Source: an uncultured Oscillospiraceae bacterium (lineage in GTDB: Bacteria > Bacillota > Clostridia > Oscillospirales > Oscillospiraceae). Taken from it: a DNA stretch of 64,000 bases. Each line of letters starts with the position of its first letter. The stretch's first letter is position 1. Shown piece after piece: positions 7,444-17,444 of the stretch. The notes beneath the pieces are model-generated. The model did no database searches. It was not told where the DNA came from and was given only the letters and a program-made list of their open reading frames with translations. The stretch covers positions 3,873 through 67,872 of the forward strand of contig CANQBA010000013.1 of NCBI GenBank assembly GCA_947589545.1, in the 5' to 3' direction. The position numbers and the translations under genes are program-made.

Positions 7444-9916
7444 GGTTCTCGTCCTTTCCTGATATTTCCTTCCCCGTCCCGGCGCCGTCCGCCGGGATAC
7501 CGGGGATGATCTCAAATTCCGTAAAGTCCGCCAGGGCGGAGTAGAGCTGTTCCCGTGGATCGGCCCGGGGCGGCTGGGGGATCTCCTCCGCCAAGATCCC
7601 GGAAGCGGGCTCCTCCGGCAGAATCTCCTTCTCCCCGCCGCCGGCTCCGCCGTCCGTATCCTCCGCCGGATCGCCGTCTGGGGGGACGGGCGCGTCCGCC
7701 GGGGCCTGCTCCGCTGTGCCGTCGCCCTCCAGGAGCTTGCGCAGCTCCTCGTTGGCCCGGCCGGCCAGCGTCCTGACCCGCTCCACGTTGTCCCGCAGGC
7801 TGTCCACCATCTCCTCCCGGTGGGTGACCATCACATCCACGGCCTGGAGCACCTTCTCCACATCCATCTCCGCGATGGAGTCCACCAGCGGCATCCTCAG
7901 CATCTGCGCGCAGCTCTTCACCTTGGGATCGTAGCCGAAGCTCAGGGTGGGCGTGCAGGCGCGGGCGGCGAAGATCAGTGCGTGCAGGCGCATGGCCAGG
8001 GCCAGGCGGCCCTCCCCGATGATGCCCATCACGTCCAGGGGCGTATAGCTGCCGGAGAGGACGGTGGCGGGAGAGCGCATCGTCTCCTTCACGTCCCAGC
8101 ACACCGGCTCGTCCAGCTTGGGCTGCATGGGGATCAGGATGATCTTGAAGCCGTAGCGCTCATAGATCCCGTCGCACAGGGCGGCAAACCGGTCGATATA
8201 GTCCGGCGCGCCGCTGATGGGCCGCACCGCCACGGTGACGAAGGGCCCCTCCACGCCGATGATGGAAAGCTCCTTCTGGGCCGCCGTGTGGCTGGGCTCC
8301 GGCAGGGTGTACACCGGGTCGGCGCTCTCGATGAGATCCGGCCTTGTAACGCCCATGTCCCTGAGCTCTGTCACGGAGTCCGGATCCCGGAGCACCACGC
8401 TGTCCGCCAGCTCCACGATCCTCCGCACCCGCCGCCGGTTGGCCGCCTTCCCCAGCGGCCCCACGCCATTGGCGTACAGCATGGTCTTCTTCCCCATCCT
8501 GTGGGCCAGCCAGATGACGGACAGGTAGTAAAGGAGCGAGCGGGTGGAGGTGTTGTCCTGAAAAAGGCTCCCGCCGCCGGAGATAAGAAGCTCGCTCCGG
8601 CGCAGTGTCCGCCACACGGCCAGGGGCGAAAACCGCTGTACCGCCTTGCAGTCGTGCTTCTCCTGGGTGAAAGCGGGATCCTTGGAGAAGACCACCACCT
8701 CGATCTTGGGGTCGATGCCGTGGATGGCCCGGCACAGGGCCTCCAAAATCGCCTCGTCCCCGAAGTTGTTGAAGCCGTAATAGCCGCTCAGCGCCACCCG
8801 CCGGGGCAGGCAGGCTTTGGCGTAGACCTCCAGAGCGTCGGCGGCCATCCGGCTGACGCTGTAATATTGGCACACCACCCGCCGCCCGTAGGCGGCCAGC
8901 CTCTCGTAGTCGGCCCTGTCCAGCGTCAGCGCCGTGGTCACGTCATCCAGAAGGGCCTGACGGGTGACGGGGGGCAGGCCCCGGCAGCAGAAGTTGGTGT
9001 CCACCCCCTCCTGAAGCTTTTCCTCGTCAAAGAGGCCCATATAGCCCTCGTTGCCGGCCGCCACTACGGGCCGGCCGGCGGCCATCGCCTCCAGAGCCGC
9101 CCGGGAGACGCCCACAAACACGTCCCCGGCGGCGCAGATCTCATTGATATCCGTCCGCGGCCCGGTGAAGATCAGGCACCTGTACCCGATCTTCAGGTTG
9201 ATCTCGTCCGCCCGGCGGGACATCTCCTGATACCGCCCGCCGCCCCCGGCGATGAGGACGCGTACTCCCGGCACACGCTGAGCCAGGGTGGGGGCGATCT
9301 CCAAAAGCGTCTCCGCCGCCAGCGCCCTGTCCTCGTCCAGGCGGCTCACATGGACGGCCACCGGCGCGTCCGGGGGGATGTTGAGCTCCCCGCGCACCCG
9401 CTCCCCCGACACCTCCGGGGAAAATTTATCCGTGTCTATGCCGTTGATGGTGACGGTGATCCTCTCCCTGTCGATGGGGTAGTTGTCCGTCAGGTACTTC
9501 ACGATGTCGTCGGAGACGGCGATAGTCCTGTCCCCCCAGTTGGTGATATGCCGCAGCACAAGGCCGGGATCGAACACCCAGTGGGCGGTGGTGACCAGGG
9601 GGAAGCCCATGAATTTTTGCAGGATGCCGCACACAAAGGCGGGGATACGGGCGTGGGCGTGGACGATGTCCGGCCTCTCCCGCTTGATCTCCCGGCGCAC
9701 GATCCAGAGGGCCCGCGCCATGGCGAAGGGGTTGCGGGTGTGGAGGGGCGCCCTGACGTGGCGGATCCCGCTCTTTTCCAGCTCCCGCTCATAGACGCCG
9801 CCGTTGGACAACACCAGGATCTGGTGCCCCTGCCGCGCCAGCTCCCTGGAGAGCTCCACGATGTGCGTCTCCGCGCCGCCGATATCCAGGCCCATGGAGG
9901 CCATCAGAATTTTCAT
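7433..9916 (-). CDS. Fusion protein: N-terminal GT4 glycosyltransferase, polysaccharide pyruvyl transferase (CsaB-like) and an acidic low-complexity tail
   Basis: N-terminus MKILMASMGLDIGGAETHIVELSRELARQGH (GT4). From about aa 372, RRVALSGYYGFNNFGDEAILEAL...LISGGGSLFQDNTSTRSLLYYL (CsaB signature). The last ~100 aa are D/E/P/G rich. GGAGG RBS; ATGA overlap with the next gene. Confidence 0.85.
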   Translation of the reverse strand: MKILMASMGLDIGGAETHIVELSRELARQGHQILVLSNGGVYERELEKSGIRHVRAPLHTRNPFAMARALWIVRREIKRERPDIVHAHARIPAFVCGILQKFMGFPLVTTAHWVFDPGLVLRHITNWGDRTIAVSDDIVKYLTDNYPIDRERITVTINGIDTDKFSPEVSGERVRGELNIPPDAPVAVHVSRLDEDRALAAETLLEIAPTLAQRVPGVRVLIAGGGGRYQEMSRRADEINLKIGYRCLIFTGPRTDINEICAAGDVFVGVSRAALEAMAAGRPVVAAGNEGYMGLFDEEKLQEGVDTNFCCRGLPPVTRQALLDDVTTALTLDRADYERLAAYGRRVVCQYYSVSRMAADALEVYAKACLPRRVALSGYYGFNNFGDEAILEALCRAIHGIDPKIEVVVFSKDPAFTQEKHDCKAVQRFSPLAVWRTLRRSELLISGGGSLFQDNTSTRSLLYYLSVIWLAHRMGKKTMLYANGVGPLGKAANRRRVRRIVELADSVVLRDPDSVTELRDMGVTRPDLIESADPVYTLPEPSHTAAQKELSIIGVEGPFVTVAVRPISGAPDYIDRFAALCDGIYERYGFKIILIPMQPKLDEPVCWDVKETMRSPATVLSGSYTPLDVMGIIGEGRLALAMRLHALIFAARACTPTLSFGYDPKVKSCAQMLRMPLVDSIAEMDVEKVLQAVDVMVTHREEMVDSLRDNVERVRTLAGRANEELRKLLEGDGTAEQAPADAPVPPDGDPAEDTDGGAGGGEKEILPEEPASGILAEEIPQPPRADPREQLYSALADFTEFEIIPGIPADGAGTGKEISGKDENHES

Positions 9917-10425
9917 GAATTACTCCTCTCGTCCACGTCCCATATGACCCCCGAGGTGGAGACATATTTTGTAGTAAAGGCCACCTGTCCGTTGACGCCC
10001 AGCTCAAAGGTCCTGCCGGCGTAATATCGATCGCCGTTGACGGAGCCGTCGGCGGTGACGGTGAGGATGACCTCAACGTACATCTCCGACGTCATTTTCC
10101 GGATCTGTCCGTCCGTGGTGACCACGGCCTGTACGGCGGGGCTGACCTGGATGTCCCGGATAACGCCCATATCCTCGCCGCTGTCCGACAGGAGGCGGTC
10201 CCCCTCCCGAAAGGCCCGGGCGGTAAACTCCCGCACCCTTTCCAGCCGGATCTGATACGTCACCGGCACAAAATGGTCGTCGGATACGTTGGCCTCGCCG
10301 CCGGAGAAAAACCGCATATACGCCATCACCAGCAGCGCCGCCGCCAGCAGCACCGCAAGGATATCCACGGCGCTTATGACGCCGAAGATCCTGCCGCACT
10401 CGTCCAGGAGCTTTCTCTTTTTCAT
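9913..10425 (-). CDS. N-terminally membrane-anchored protein (DUF4330-like), paralogue 1
   Basis: 170 aa. MKKRKLL..ISAVDILAVLLAAALLVMAY is the TM anchor, followed by a beta-rich domain. ATGA overlaps at both ends. Confidence 0.55.
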   Translation of the reverse strand: MKKRKLLDECGRIFGVISAVDILAVLLAAALLVMAYMRFFSGGEANVSDDHFVPVTYQIRLERVREFTARAFREGDRLLSDSGEDMGVIRDIQVSPAVQAVVTTDGQIRKMTSEMYVEVILTVTADGSVNGDRYYAGRTFELGVNGQVAFTTKYVSTSGVIWDVDERSNS

Positions 10426-10937
10426 TGGGCATCACCCCTCTCTATCTCCACGATATACCCCTGGGCGTTCAGGCCGGGGATCCGCACGTTCACCGGGAGC
10501 CCCACCTTGATGGTATAGCCGCCGTCCACGATGATGTCCGTATCCGTCTCGGCGGCCTGGGCCGTGATGACCACCGTGGCCGTCTCCTGGCCGGGTACCT
10601 CCACGGCGGTGAGCACATCCCTTGTCTCGTCGCTGACCTCCCTGACCGTGGGGGAGACGGTGACGGATTCCACCGTCCCCATGCTGTACTTCTTGATCTT
10701 GTCCACCACCGGCGCGCCGGGCTTGATGCGGGAGGCGGCGCCGTTCTGGATCCCCGTCAGCTCAACGGTATAGCGCACCTGGATCCTGGTCTGGTTCTCC
10801 CCGGTCAGGGCGCCGGAGGTGTTCTTGTCCCGGCTCAGAAAGAGCGCCGCTCCCACGAGGAGCGCCAGGATGATGAGCGCCAGATCAAAGAGGTTGAATA
10901 TCCCGGGCAGTCCCTTTTTCTTCTTATTTTCTTCCAT
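10422..10937 (-). CDS. N-terminally membrane-anchored protein (DUF4330-like), paralogue 2
   Basis: ORF 10422..11012 trimmed to MEENKKKKGLPGIFNLFDLALIILALLVGAALFL. Same architecture as its neighbour. Confidence 0.55.
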   Translation of the reverse strand: MEENKKKKGLPGIFNLFDLALIILALLVGAALFLSRDKNTSGALTGENQTRIQVRYTVELTGIQNGAASRIKPGAPVVDKIKKYSMGTVESVTVSPTVREVSDETRDVLTAVEVPGQETATVVITAQAAETDTDIIVDGGYTIKVGLPVNVRIPGLNAQGYIVEIERGDAQ

Positions 10938-12051
10938 GCCGCGCCTCCAAAGTCTTTCGGTAGATCTCCTCGATCCGCCCGGCGAAGATCTCGCCGGTGA
11001 ACCGGGCCTCATATTCCCTCCTGGCCCCCACGCCCAGCCGCTCCCGCAGGGCCGGGTCGTCCGCCAGGGTCTTTATCCTTTCCGCCAGGGCGTCCACGTC
11101 CCGTGTCCTGTAGAGAAGGCCGCTGACGCCGTCCTTGACCATATAGGGGTTGCCGCCGTAGTCGCTGACCACCGCCGGCAGTCCCATGCTGAACCCCTCC
11201 AGCACGGAGAGGCTGGAGGTCTCCGTCCCCCAGGAGGCGTTCAGCTGTACGTCCAATACGCTGAGCACCGGGGCCACGTCTGTCTGAAAACCCAGGAAGG
11301 CCACCCGGCCTTCAAGGCCCAGCTCCACCGCCCGCCGTTTGACCGTCTTCTCATAGGAGCCCGTCCCGGCCACCAGGAGCTTCAGCGTCGGCTTTTCCGG
11401 CAGGAGCTTCGCCATAGCCTCCAGAATATCCGTGTGGCCCTTGTAATCCTCGATCCTGGCCACGATGCCCATGACGAAGTCCCCGGGCACGATGCCGTGC
11501 CCGGCCCGGAACGCCGCGCAGGCCTCCGGGGAGAGCCGCTTCACCGGCTCCACGCCGTTCATCATGATCTGGATCCTCCGCGGGGAGACGCCCGCGTCGG
11601 TGAGGTTCTCCGCCGCCGCCGGGGAGACGGCGATGATGGCGTCGGCGTAATGCTCGTTCAAAAGCTTGTTGGCCCACCTCCCGGGGCCTTTTTTCAGATA
11701 GGGCTTCACCGGGAAGGCCGAATGGCGGGTGAAGATCACCGTCTTTTTGCACTGCCTCCCGGCGATACGCCCGGTAAAGGAGCCGTGGGTGTGGACGATG
11801 TCCGGATCCACCTCCCGGACGAGCCTTTTCAGGATCCCCAAAGACGGCAGATCCAGGGATCTGTCGGCGATGCCGTCCACCTCATGGACGGCGGCCCCCG
11901 CCGCCGTCAGGGGCTGTGTCAAAAGACTGCCCCGCGGGACGGCCACGTGGATCTCAAAGCTTGTCCTGTCGGCGTATTTCAGATAGTTGAGGAGCACCCG
12001 CCCCGCGCCGCCGATGTTGGTGTCGGAGATGATGTTCAGTACCCGGATCAT
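10924..12051 (-). CDS. GT4-family glycosyltransferase
   Basis: 375 aa. MIRVLNIISDTNIGGAGRVLLNYL. C-terminal E-x7-E-like region SWGTETSSLSVLEGFSMGLPAVVSDYGGNPYMV. Confidence 0.85.
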   Translation of the reverse strand: MIRVLNIISDTNIGGAGRVLLNYLKYADRTSFEIHVAVPRGSLLTQPLTAAGAAVHEVDGIADRSLDLPSLGILKRLVREVDPDIVHTHGSFTGRIAGRQCKKTVIFTRHSAFPVKPYLKKGPGRWANKLLNEHYADAIIAVSPAAAENLTDAGVSPRRIQIMMNGVEPVKRLSPEACAAFRAGHGIVPGDFVMGIVARIEDYKGHTDILEAMAKLLPEKPTLKLLVAGTGSYEKTVKRRAVELGLEGRVAFLGFQTDVAPVLSVLDVQLNASWGTETSSLSVLEGFSMGLPAVVSDYGGNPYMVKDGVSGLLYRTRDVDALAERIKTLADDPALRERLGVGARREYEARFTGEIFAGRIEEIYRKTLEARHGRK

Positions 12052-13466
12052 TCTCTGGCCTCCTTTGTCACAAGGGCGTAGAGCGCCGCCGCCGCGCCCA
12101 CCACCGTCCAGAACATCAGCACCACCCGGAAGTTATAAAACGAGTGATCCGTCATGCTCTGGGCGGCGAAGCCGGCGACAGACGCCATCAGCGCCGCGGC
12201 CTGCACCTTTGTCCGTTTGTCTTTGGCCGCCGTCACAGTCCTGCCCAGGCAGAGCGCCGCCGAGCAGAAGCACCCCAGCAGGGCGAGGATGCCCAGGATC
12301 CCGTTTTCACAGAAGACCTGCAAAAAGAGATTGTGGGAGTGGGGGGCGAAGACGGCGTTGAAGCTGTAATGGGGATAGATGGCCTGGAAGGCCGCGACCC
12401 CCGTTCCGAACCCGCTGAGCCAGTAATCCTTCAGCATATCGAGGCAGGCCATCCAGATATACACCCGGTAGGAGGTGGAGCTGTCGGCCATGTTCCCCAC
12501 GCTCAGAAGCCGCGTCATGATGGAATCCGGCAGGATCGCCAGAAGTCCCACGGCGCCGATAAGCCCCAGGGGGATGAAGCGCCTGTCCATCAGCACCAGG
12601 AACAGCGCCGCGCCGATGGCCAGCCCCAGCCAGCCGCCTCTGGACCAGGTCAGGACAAGGCACAGGAGCATCACGGCGGCGCCCAGGCCGGAGGCTATTT
12701 TCCCCCGCCGGCTTTTGGCGGTGTAGACCCCCGCCGCCGCCAGGGGGATGATCAGGAGAAGATATTCGCTGAGTACGTTGGGGTTTTCCAGGGTGGACCA
12801 GACCCGCAGGGTGATGTCGGAGAAATTCGTCTCGTCGATCCACACCAGGTTCCCCTCCACGCCGATCACCGCCTGGGCCAAGCCCCACAGGGCCACCAGA
12901 GAGCCGGCGGTCACCATCAGCCCCAGGAGCCTGTCCAGCTCCCGCCGCTCCCGGCACACGTCCGGGACGGTCAGGGCGAAAAGCGTGAAGGCCGCCGTCA
13001 GGAGGCCCGTGCGCATACTCTCCCGCATCGTCACGGAGAGGAGCGTCGAGCCCAGCTCCACCCCGGCGAAGAGGAGGATCCATTTCGTAAGGGGCGTGTG
13101 TACCGCCCGCCGCTCCCGGTGCTTGCCGTACACCAGGAAGAGCGAGCCGAAAGCCAGGAGCGCCAGCGCCAGCACCGCCATGGTGGGCAGGATGGGCCCC
13201 CAGAAGGCCGCCAGGGCCACCCAGAAGTAGGCCCGCTGAGTGACGGAGCCCTCCAGCGCCCGATCAAGCCTCACCGCCTCAAAGCCACGGCACAGGCCCC
13301 CGTGAGCCTTCCGGGCCAGGGCGGCCAGGACGCCCGTGCCGCCCCGCTCCTTGCGCGGAGGCGTGAACAGGCGGGCGAGAACGCTTTTTTGCCACTGGCG
13401 GTCGATCCATCCGGCCGCCGCCGTCAGAAGACGGTAGAGGAGGCTCCCCTCCAGGATCCTTCTCAC
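12048..13466 (-). CDS. O-antigen ligase/polymerase-like (Wzy_C family) polytopic membrane protein
   Basis: 472 aa, at least 10 hydrophobic segments with a large loop. GTG start. ATGA overlap with the downstream GT4. Confidence 0.7.
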   Translation of the reverse strand: MRRILEGSLLYRLLTAAAGWIDRQWQKSVLARLFTPPRKERGGTGVLAALARKAHGGLCRGFEAVRLDRALEGSVTQRAYFWVALAAFWGPILPTMAVLALALLAFGSLFLVYGKHRERRAVHTPLTKWILLFAGVELGSTLLSVTMRESMRTGLLTAAFTLFALTVPDVCRERRELDRLLGLMVTAGSLVALWGLAQAVIGVEGNLVWIDETNFSDITLRVWSTLENPNVLSEYLLLIIPLAAAGVYTAKSRRGKIASGLGAAVMLLCLVLTWSRGGWLGLAIGAALFLVLMDRRFIPLGLIGAVGLLAILPDSIMTRLLSVGNMADSSTSYRVYIWMACLDMLKDYWLSGFGTGVAAFQAIYPHYSFNAVFAPHSHNLFLQVFCENGILGILALLGCFCSAALCLGRTVTAAKDKRTKVQAAALMASVAGFAAQSMTDHSFYNFRVVLMFWTVVGAAAALYALVTKEARE

Positions 13467-13472
13467 AGGCGC

Positions 13473-15017
13473 TCATCCCTTTCCCAGTTTGTTTTTGATA
13501 AGCCCGACGACGCCCCTGGCCTCGTCGGTTTTCAGACAGACGGCCAGAAGGCCGTACACCGCCGCGCCCACGGCGACCGGCGCCAGCAGCGTGAGGAGCT
13601 TCCCCGCGCGCCCGTCCAGGGCCCGCAGCGTCAGGTACGCCGCTCCCGCCATCAGCGCCGCGCAGAGCAGCTGTTTTCCCAAATTCAGAAAGAACGCCCG
13701 GTCAAAAAAGCCCATGCCCCGCCTTTTCATGGGGACGGCCAGCACCAGGGCGCTGAGGGTGAAGGACACGGCGGAGGCGATGGCGATGCCCGCCACGTCC
13801 AGCCGGGGGGTCAGGAGCATACTCAGGAGGATGTTGGCGGCAATGGAGACGACGCCGGAGAGCAGGGGGACGATCCCCGACTGCCCGGCGAAATACGCCC
13901 TGGACAGCACAAACTGCACGGCGTACCCCACCATCCCCAGGCTCATGAACCGGAGGGCCCGGGAGGTGATGCCGATGGAGAAATCGTCGAACCGGCCTCC
14001 CCCGTAGATGAAGGCCACCACGGGCTTTGCCATGACGAAAAGCCCCGCCGTCATGGGGATCACCACAAAGAGCGTGATCCCCAGGGCCGAGCGCAGCGTC
14101 TCCCGCATTTTCTCCGGCCCGCCGGAGGCGCTCTCCCGGGAGAGCCGGGGGAAGATGTAGTTGGCCAGCTGTATGACGAAGATGCCGGCGATGACGGTGT
14201 ACAGATTGAAGGCGTACTCGATGGCGGAGACGCCCGCGCCGCCGAACAGCCGGGAGCCGAAGCGGGAGTTGATGGTCTGGTTGATGGGCAGGACCCAGGT
14301 GCTGACCATCACGGGCAGCAGGAGCTTCCACACCTTGCGCATCTCGGGGTTCCGCAGGGACAGGGACGGGTAGAAGCGAAAGCCCTTTTTGATAAGGGAC
14401 GGCACCTGCACCAGCGCCTGGACAGCCCAGGAGACGAGGAAGGCCACCGCCAGGCCGTAGATGCCGAAGCGCCGGTTCAGGGTGAAATAATAGGCGATGA
14501 CGAACACGTTGGAGATGAGGCTGATGGCCGCCGGGACGTTGAACTCGTCCAAAGACTGCAATATCCCCACAAAGGAGTAGGCCACCCCGGCGAAGAGCAC
14601 CATGGGCATCATGATCCGGGTAAGCTCGGCGCACAGCGCCGCCGTGGGCGCGTCGTAGCCGTCGGCGAAAAGCCAGGTCAGGGGGCCGGCGAAGACCGTC
14701 CCCAGCACCGTCATCAGGGCGCAGAGGGCGCACATGGCGGTCATGAAATTCCCGGCGAAGCGCATGGCGTCCTTTTTCCCCCGCTTCTCCATGACCTCCC
14801 CCAGCACCGGGATGAGGCACGCGCCGATGGCGGAGGAAAAGACGGTGTCGAAAAATACCCGGGGGATCCGGGAGGCGGTGAGGAAGGCGTTGGCCTCCAT
14901 GCCGCTGCCGTAATTGACCGTCAGCATCCGGTCGCGCACCAGCCCCAGGAGCTTGCCGGCAAAGGTGATGGCCACCATCAGGCCCACCGTCCGGACAGCC
15001 CCTTTTTTCTTCTCCAA
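13473..15017 (-). CDS. murJ: Lipid II flippase MurJ (MviN family)
   Basis: 514 aa. GKLLGLVRDRMLTVNYGSGMEANAFLTASRIPRVFFD is typical of MurJ. TTG start after GAGGTGA. Confidence 0.9.
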   Translation of the reverse strand: MEKKKGAVRTVGLMVAITFAGKLLGLVRDRMLTVNYGSGMEANAFLTASRIPRVFFDTVFSSAIGACLIPVLGEVMEKRGKKDAMRFAGNFMTAMCALCALMTVLGTVFAGPLTWLFADGYDAPTAALCAELTRIMMPMVLFAGVAYSFVGILQSLDEFNVPAAISLISNVFVIAYYFTLNRRFGIYGLAVAFLVSWAVQALVQVPSLIKKGFRFYPSLSLRNPEMRKVWKLLLPVMVSTWVLPINQTINSRFGSRLFGGAGVSAIEYAFNLYTVIAGIFVIQLANYIFPRLSRESASGGPEKMRETLRSALGITLFVVIPMTAGLFVMAKPVVAFIYGGGRFDDFSIGITSRALRFMSLGMVGYAVQFVLSRAYFAGQSGIVPLLSGVVSIAANILLSMLLTPRLDVAGIAIASAVSFTLSALVLAVPMKRRGMGFFDRAFFLNLGKQLLCAALMAGAAYLTLRALDGRAGKLLTLLAPVAVGAAVYGLLAVCLKTDEARGVVGLIKNKLGKG

Positions 15018-15236
15018 CGCCTCTCACCTCTGTCTTTTTTTCGTTTATTCGTAAACATTTTGAACCAATTTTATATTTTAGCACATCTTGCGTAAAATAT
15101 CAACCATGATACTCCATCTTGTATAGGTATTCCCGGTAAATATTTTGTGAATAGTCCCCTTTCTTACGCCGTACTTGAAAACCGGCGCGGTTTCTGGTAT
15201 GATAGGAATCAATACGGAAAAAAGGATGAAATCGCT

Positions 15237-16511
15237 ATGTTTGTAGACAAGGCTTCCATCGAGATCAGGGCCGGCAAGGGGGGCAGCGGGGCCGTGGCCT
15301 TCCACCGGGAGAAATACGTGGCGTCCGGGGGCCCCGACGGCGGCGACGGCGGCGACGGCGGCGACGTAGTGCTGATCCCCGACGCCAACATGTCCACCCT
15401 GATGGACTTCCGCTATAAACGCAAATACACGGCCGGGAACGGCATGGACGGCGCGGGCAAGCGCTGCAGCGGCAAGCGGGGGGAGGATCTGGTGATCCGG
15501 GTACCCGTGGGCACGGTGGTGCGGGACAAGGCCAGCGGCGCCGTCATGGCGGATATGTCCGCCTGCGACCGCTTCATCGCCGCCAGGGGCGGCTCCGGCG
15601 GCTGGGGCAACGCCCATTTCGCCACCCCCACCCGGCAGGCGCCCCGCTTCGCCAAGGCGGGCCTGCCCGGCCAGGAGCGGGAGATCGTGCTGGAGCTGAA
15701 GCTTTTGGCGGACGTGGGTCTGGTGGGCTTCCCCAACGTGGGCAAATCCACCCTCCTGTCGGTGGTCTCCCGGGCGCGGCCCAAGATCGCCGACTACCAC
15801 TTCACCACCCTCTTCCCCAATCTGGGGGTGGTCTACGCCGGGGAGGGGCGCAGCTTCGTGATGGCGGACATCCCCGGCATCATTGAGGGGGCCAGCGAGG
15901 GCGCGGGCCTGGGCCACGACTTTTTGCGGCACATCGACCGGTGCCGCCTGATCGTCCACGTGGTGGACGCCTCGGGCCGGGAGGGCCGCGACCCGGTGGA
16001 GGACTTCGACATCATCAACCGGGAGCTCAAGGAGTACTCCCCTGTCCTGGCGTCCCGGCCCATGCTGGTGGCCGCCAACAAGTGCGACCTTCTGGAGGAG
16101 GACAGCCGGGCAAACCTGGAGCGGCTGGAACGGCACGTCAAGGAGGCCGGTATGGCCTTCTTCAAAATCTCCGCCGCCGCCCATCAGGGGACGGAGGAGC
16201 TGACGAAAGCCATCGCCTACCGGCTTGCGGAGCTGCCCCCCATCGCCACCTTCGCGCCGGACTACGTGGAGCCGGAGGAGCCGGCGGAGCTGCCCGACCC
16301 GGAGATCAACCGGGAGAACGGCGTCTGGTATGTGGACGGCGGCTGGGTGGAACGGCTGGTGGAGAACGTGAACTTCGGGGACTACGAGTCCCGGATGTAT
16401 TTCGACCGCACCCTGCGGGAGCGGGGGGTCTTCGACCGTCTGGAGGCGCTGGGCGTCAGCGAGGGCGACACCGTCAGCGTCTGCGGCATCGCCTTTGAGT
16501 ACCGCCGGTGA
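15237..16511 (+). CDS. obg: GTPase Obg/CgtA
   Basis: MFVDKASIEIRAGKGGSGAVAFHREKYV..GGPDGGDGGDGGDV, G1 motif GFPNVGKST, and a C-terminal OCT domain. ORF 15147 trimmed to the ATG at 15237. Confidence 0.95.
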   Translation: MFVDKASIEIRAGKGGSGAVAFHREKYVASGGPDGGDGGDGGDVVLIPDANMSTLMDFRYKRKYTAGNGMDGAGKRCSGKRGEDLVIRVPVGTVVRDKASGAVMADMSACDRFIAARGGSGGWGNAHFATPTRQAPRFAKAGLPGQEREIVLELKLLADVGLVGFPNVGKSTLLSVVSRARPKIADYHFTTLFPNLGVVYAGEGRSFVMADIPGIIEGASEGAGLGHDFLRHIDRCRLIVHVVDASGREGRDPVEDFDIINRELKEYSPVLASRPMLVAANKCDLLEEDSRANLERLERHVKEAGMAFFKISAAAHQGTEELTKAIAYRLAELPPIATFAPDYVEPEEPAELPDPEINRENGVWYVDGGWVERLVENVNFGDYESRMYFDRTLRERGVFDRLEALGVSEGDTVSVCGIAFEYRR

Positions 16512-16572
16512 CCTGATATGAATATGAAAAGGGCAAAGCTCCGCTGACACCCCGCAAAAAAGCGGCGCGCTC

Positions 16573-16601
16573 TTGACAATTCCTGTGTGAAAGTTTAAAA
16601 T
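16573..16601 (+). promoter_or_regulatory. Promoter of the xpaC-telA module
   Basis: TTGACA(16573-78), 17-nt spacer, TAAAAT(16596-601). The predicted TSS falls on or near the ATG at 16607. Confidence 0.5.
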
Positions 16602-16606
16602 GATAA

Positions 16607-17323
16607 ATGAGCAGACCCGCGGCGGAGAGGCGTAATCGCCGCCTCCCGCCAGATAAAAGAAGGGGGTGCGTCCTTCTGAAAAAGACCGTAAAAGTCCCTT
16701 CCGCCGCGCCGTTTTACGGGGCGGCGGCCGTGTGCGCTCTCTGGTGCCTCCTTTTGCCCCTGTATAAGCTGTGGCATTTCCTCCTTCTGCTGGCCGCCAC
16801 GGTGGGGGCGTATTTTCTTTTCCGGGCGCTCTTCCCCGGCACGGAGAAGGTGGTGGACGTGCCCGAGCCAGAGCCGGAACCCACCGGAAACCCGGAGGTG
16901 GACGAACTGACGAAGGAGGGGGCCCAGGCCGTGGCGGAGCTGCGGCGTCTGCACGGCTCCATCCGGGAGCCCTCCGTCCGTAAGCGGCTGGAGGAGCTGA
17001 CGGAGCTTACGCAAAAGATCTTTGACGACATCCGCACCGACCCCCAGGACGTGCCCCAGGTCAAGCGCTTCGCCGGATACTACCTGCCCACCACCATGAA
17101 GCTCCTGAACGCCTACGACCGCATGAGCGGCCAGGGCTCCGGGGCGAACGTCAGCGAAACGCTGAAGCGCATCGAGGACATCCTGGACACTACCGTCAGC
17201 GCCTACCGCAAGCAGTACGACGCCCTGTTCGCCAACGAGGCCCTGGATATCGAGACGGATATCACCGTTTTGGAGTCCATGCTTAAGCGCGAGGGCCTGA
17301 GCGGGAAGGACTTTCAGGTGTGA
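16607..17323 (+). CDS. XpaC-like (5-bromo-4-chloroindolyl phosphate hydrolysis protein family) membrane protein
   Basis: Basic N-terminus, two TM segments, then a helical domain (KRFAGYYLPTTMKLLNAYDRM). It is in the canonical position upstream of telA. The start is uncertain and may be leaderless. Confidence 0.65.
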   Translation: MSRPAAERRNRRLPPDKRRGCVLLKKTVKVPSAAPFYGAAAVCALWCLLLPLYKLWHFLLLLAATVGAYFLFRALFPGTEKVVDVPEPEPEPTGNPEVDELTKEGAQAVAELRRLHGSIREPSVRKRLEELTELTQKIFDDIRTDPQDVPQVKRFAGYYLPTTMKLLNAYDRMSGQGSGANVSETLKRIEDILDTTVSAYRKQYDALFANEALDIETDITVLESMLKREGLSGKDFQV

Positions 17324-17444
17324 AAACCCCGTTATGGTCGTATTATACCACACGTCGAAGCAAATGTCAAGCATTATTTTAATTATTTTTTATTATTTTT
17401 TTGACCGGCATCCACCACTACTTTAAAAGAAAGGGAGAATTGAC

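Noticed and set aside
4552-7509. Very long antisense or alternate-frame ORFs. Examples: 4552..7509 +, 7820..10024 +, 12144..15095 +, 15078..16550 -, 37387..39135 +, 40841..43084 +, 46014..48482 -, 50623..51963 -.
   Set aside because: Each lies opposite or out of frame to a gene with clear family motifs. Their translations are R/G/P/A/H-rich low-complexity strings, typical of stop-poor shadow frames in GC-rich DNA. None has an RBS.
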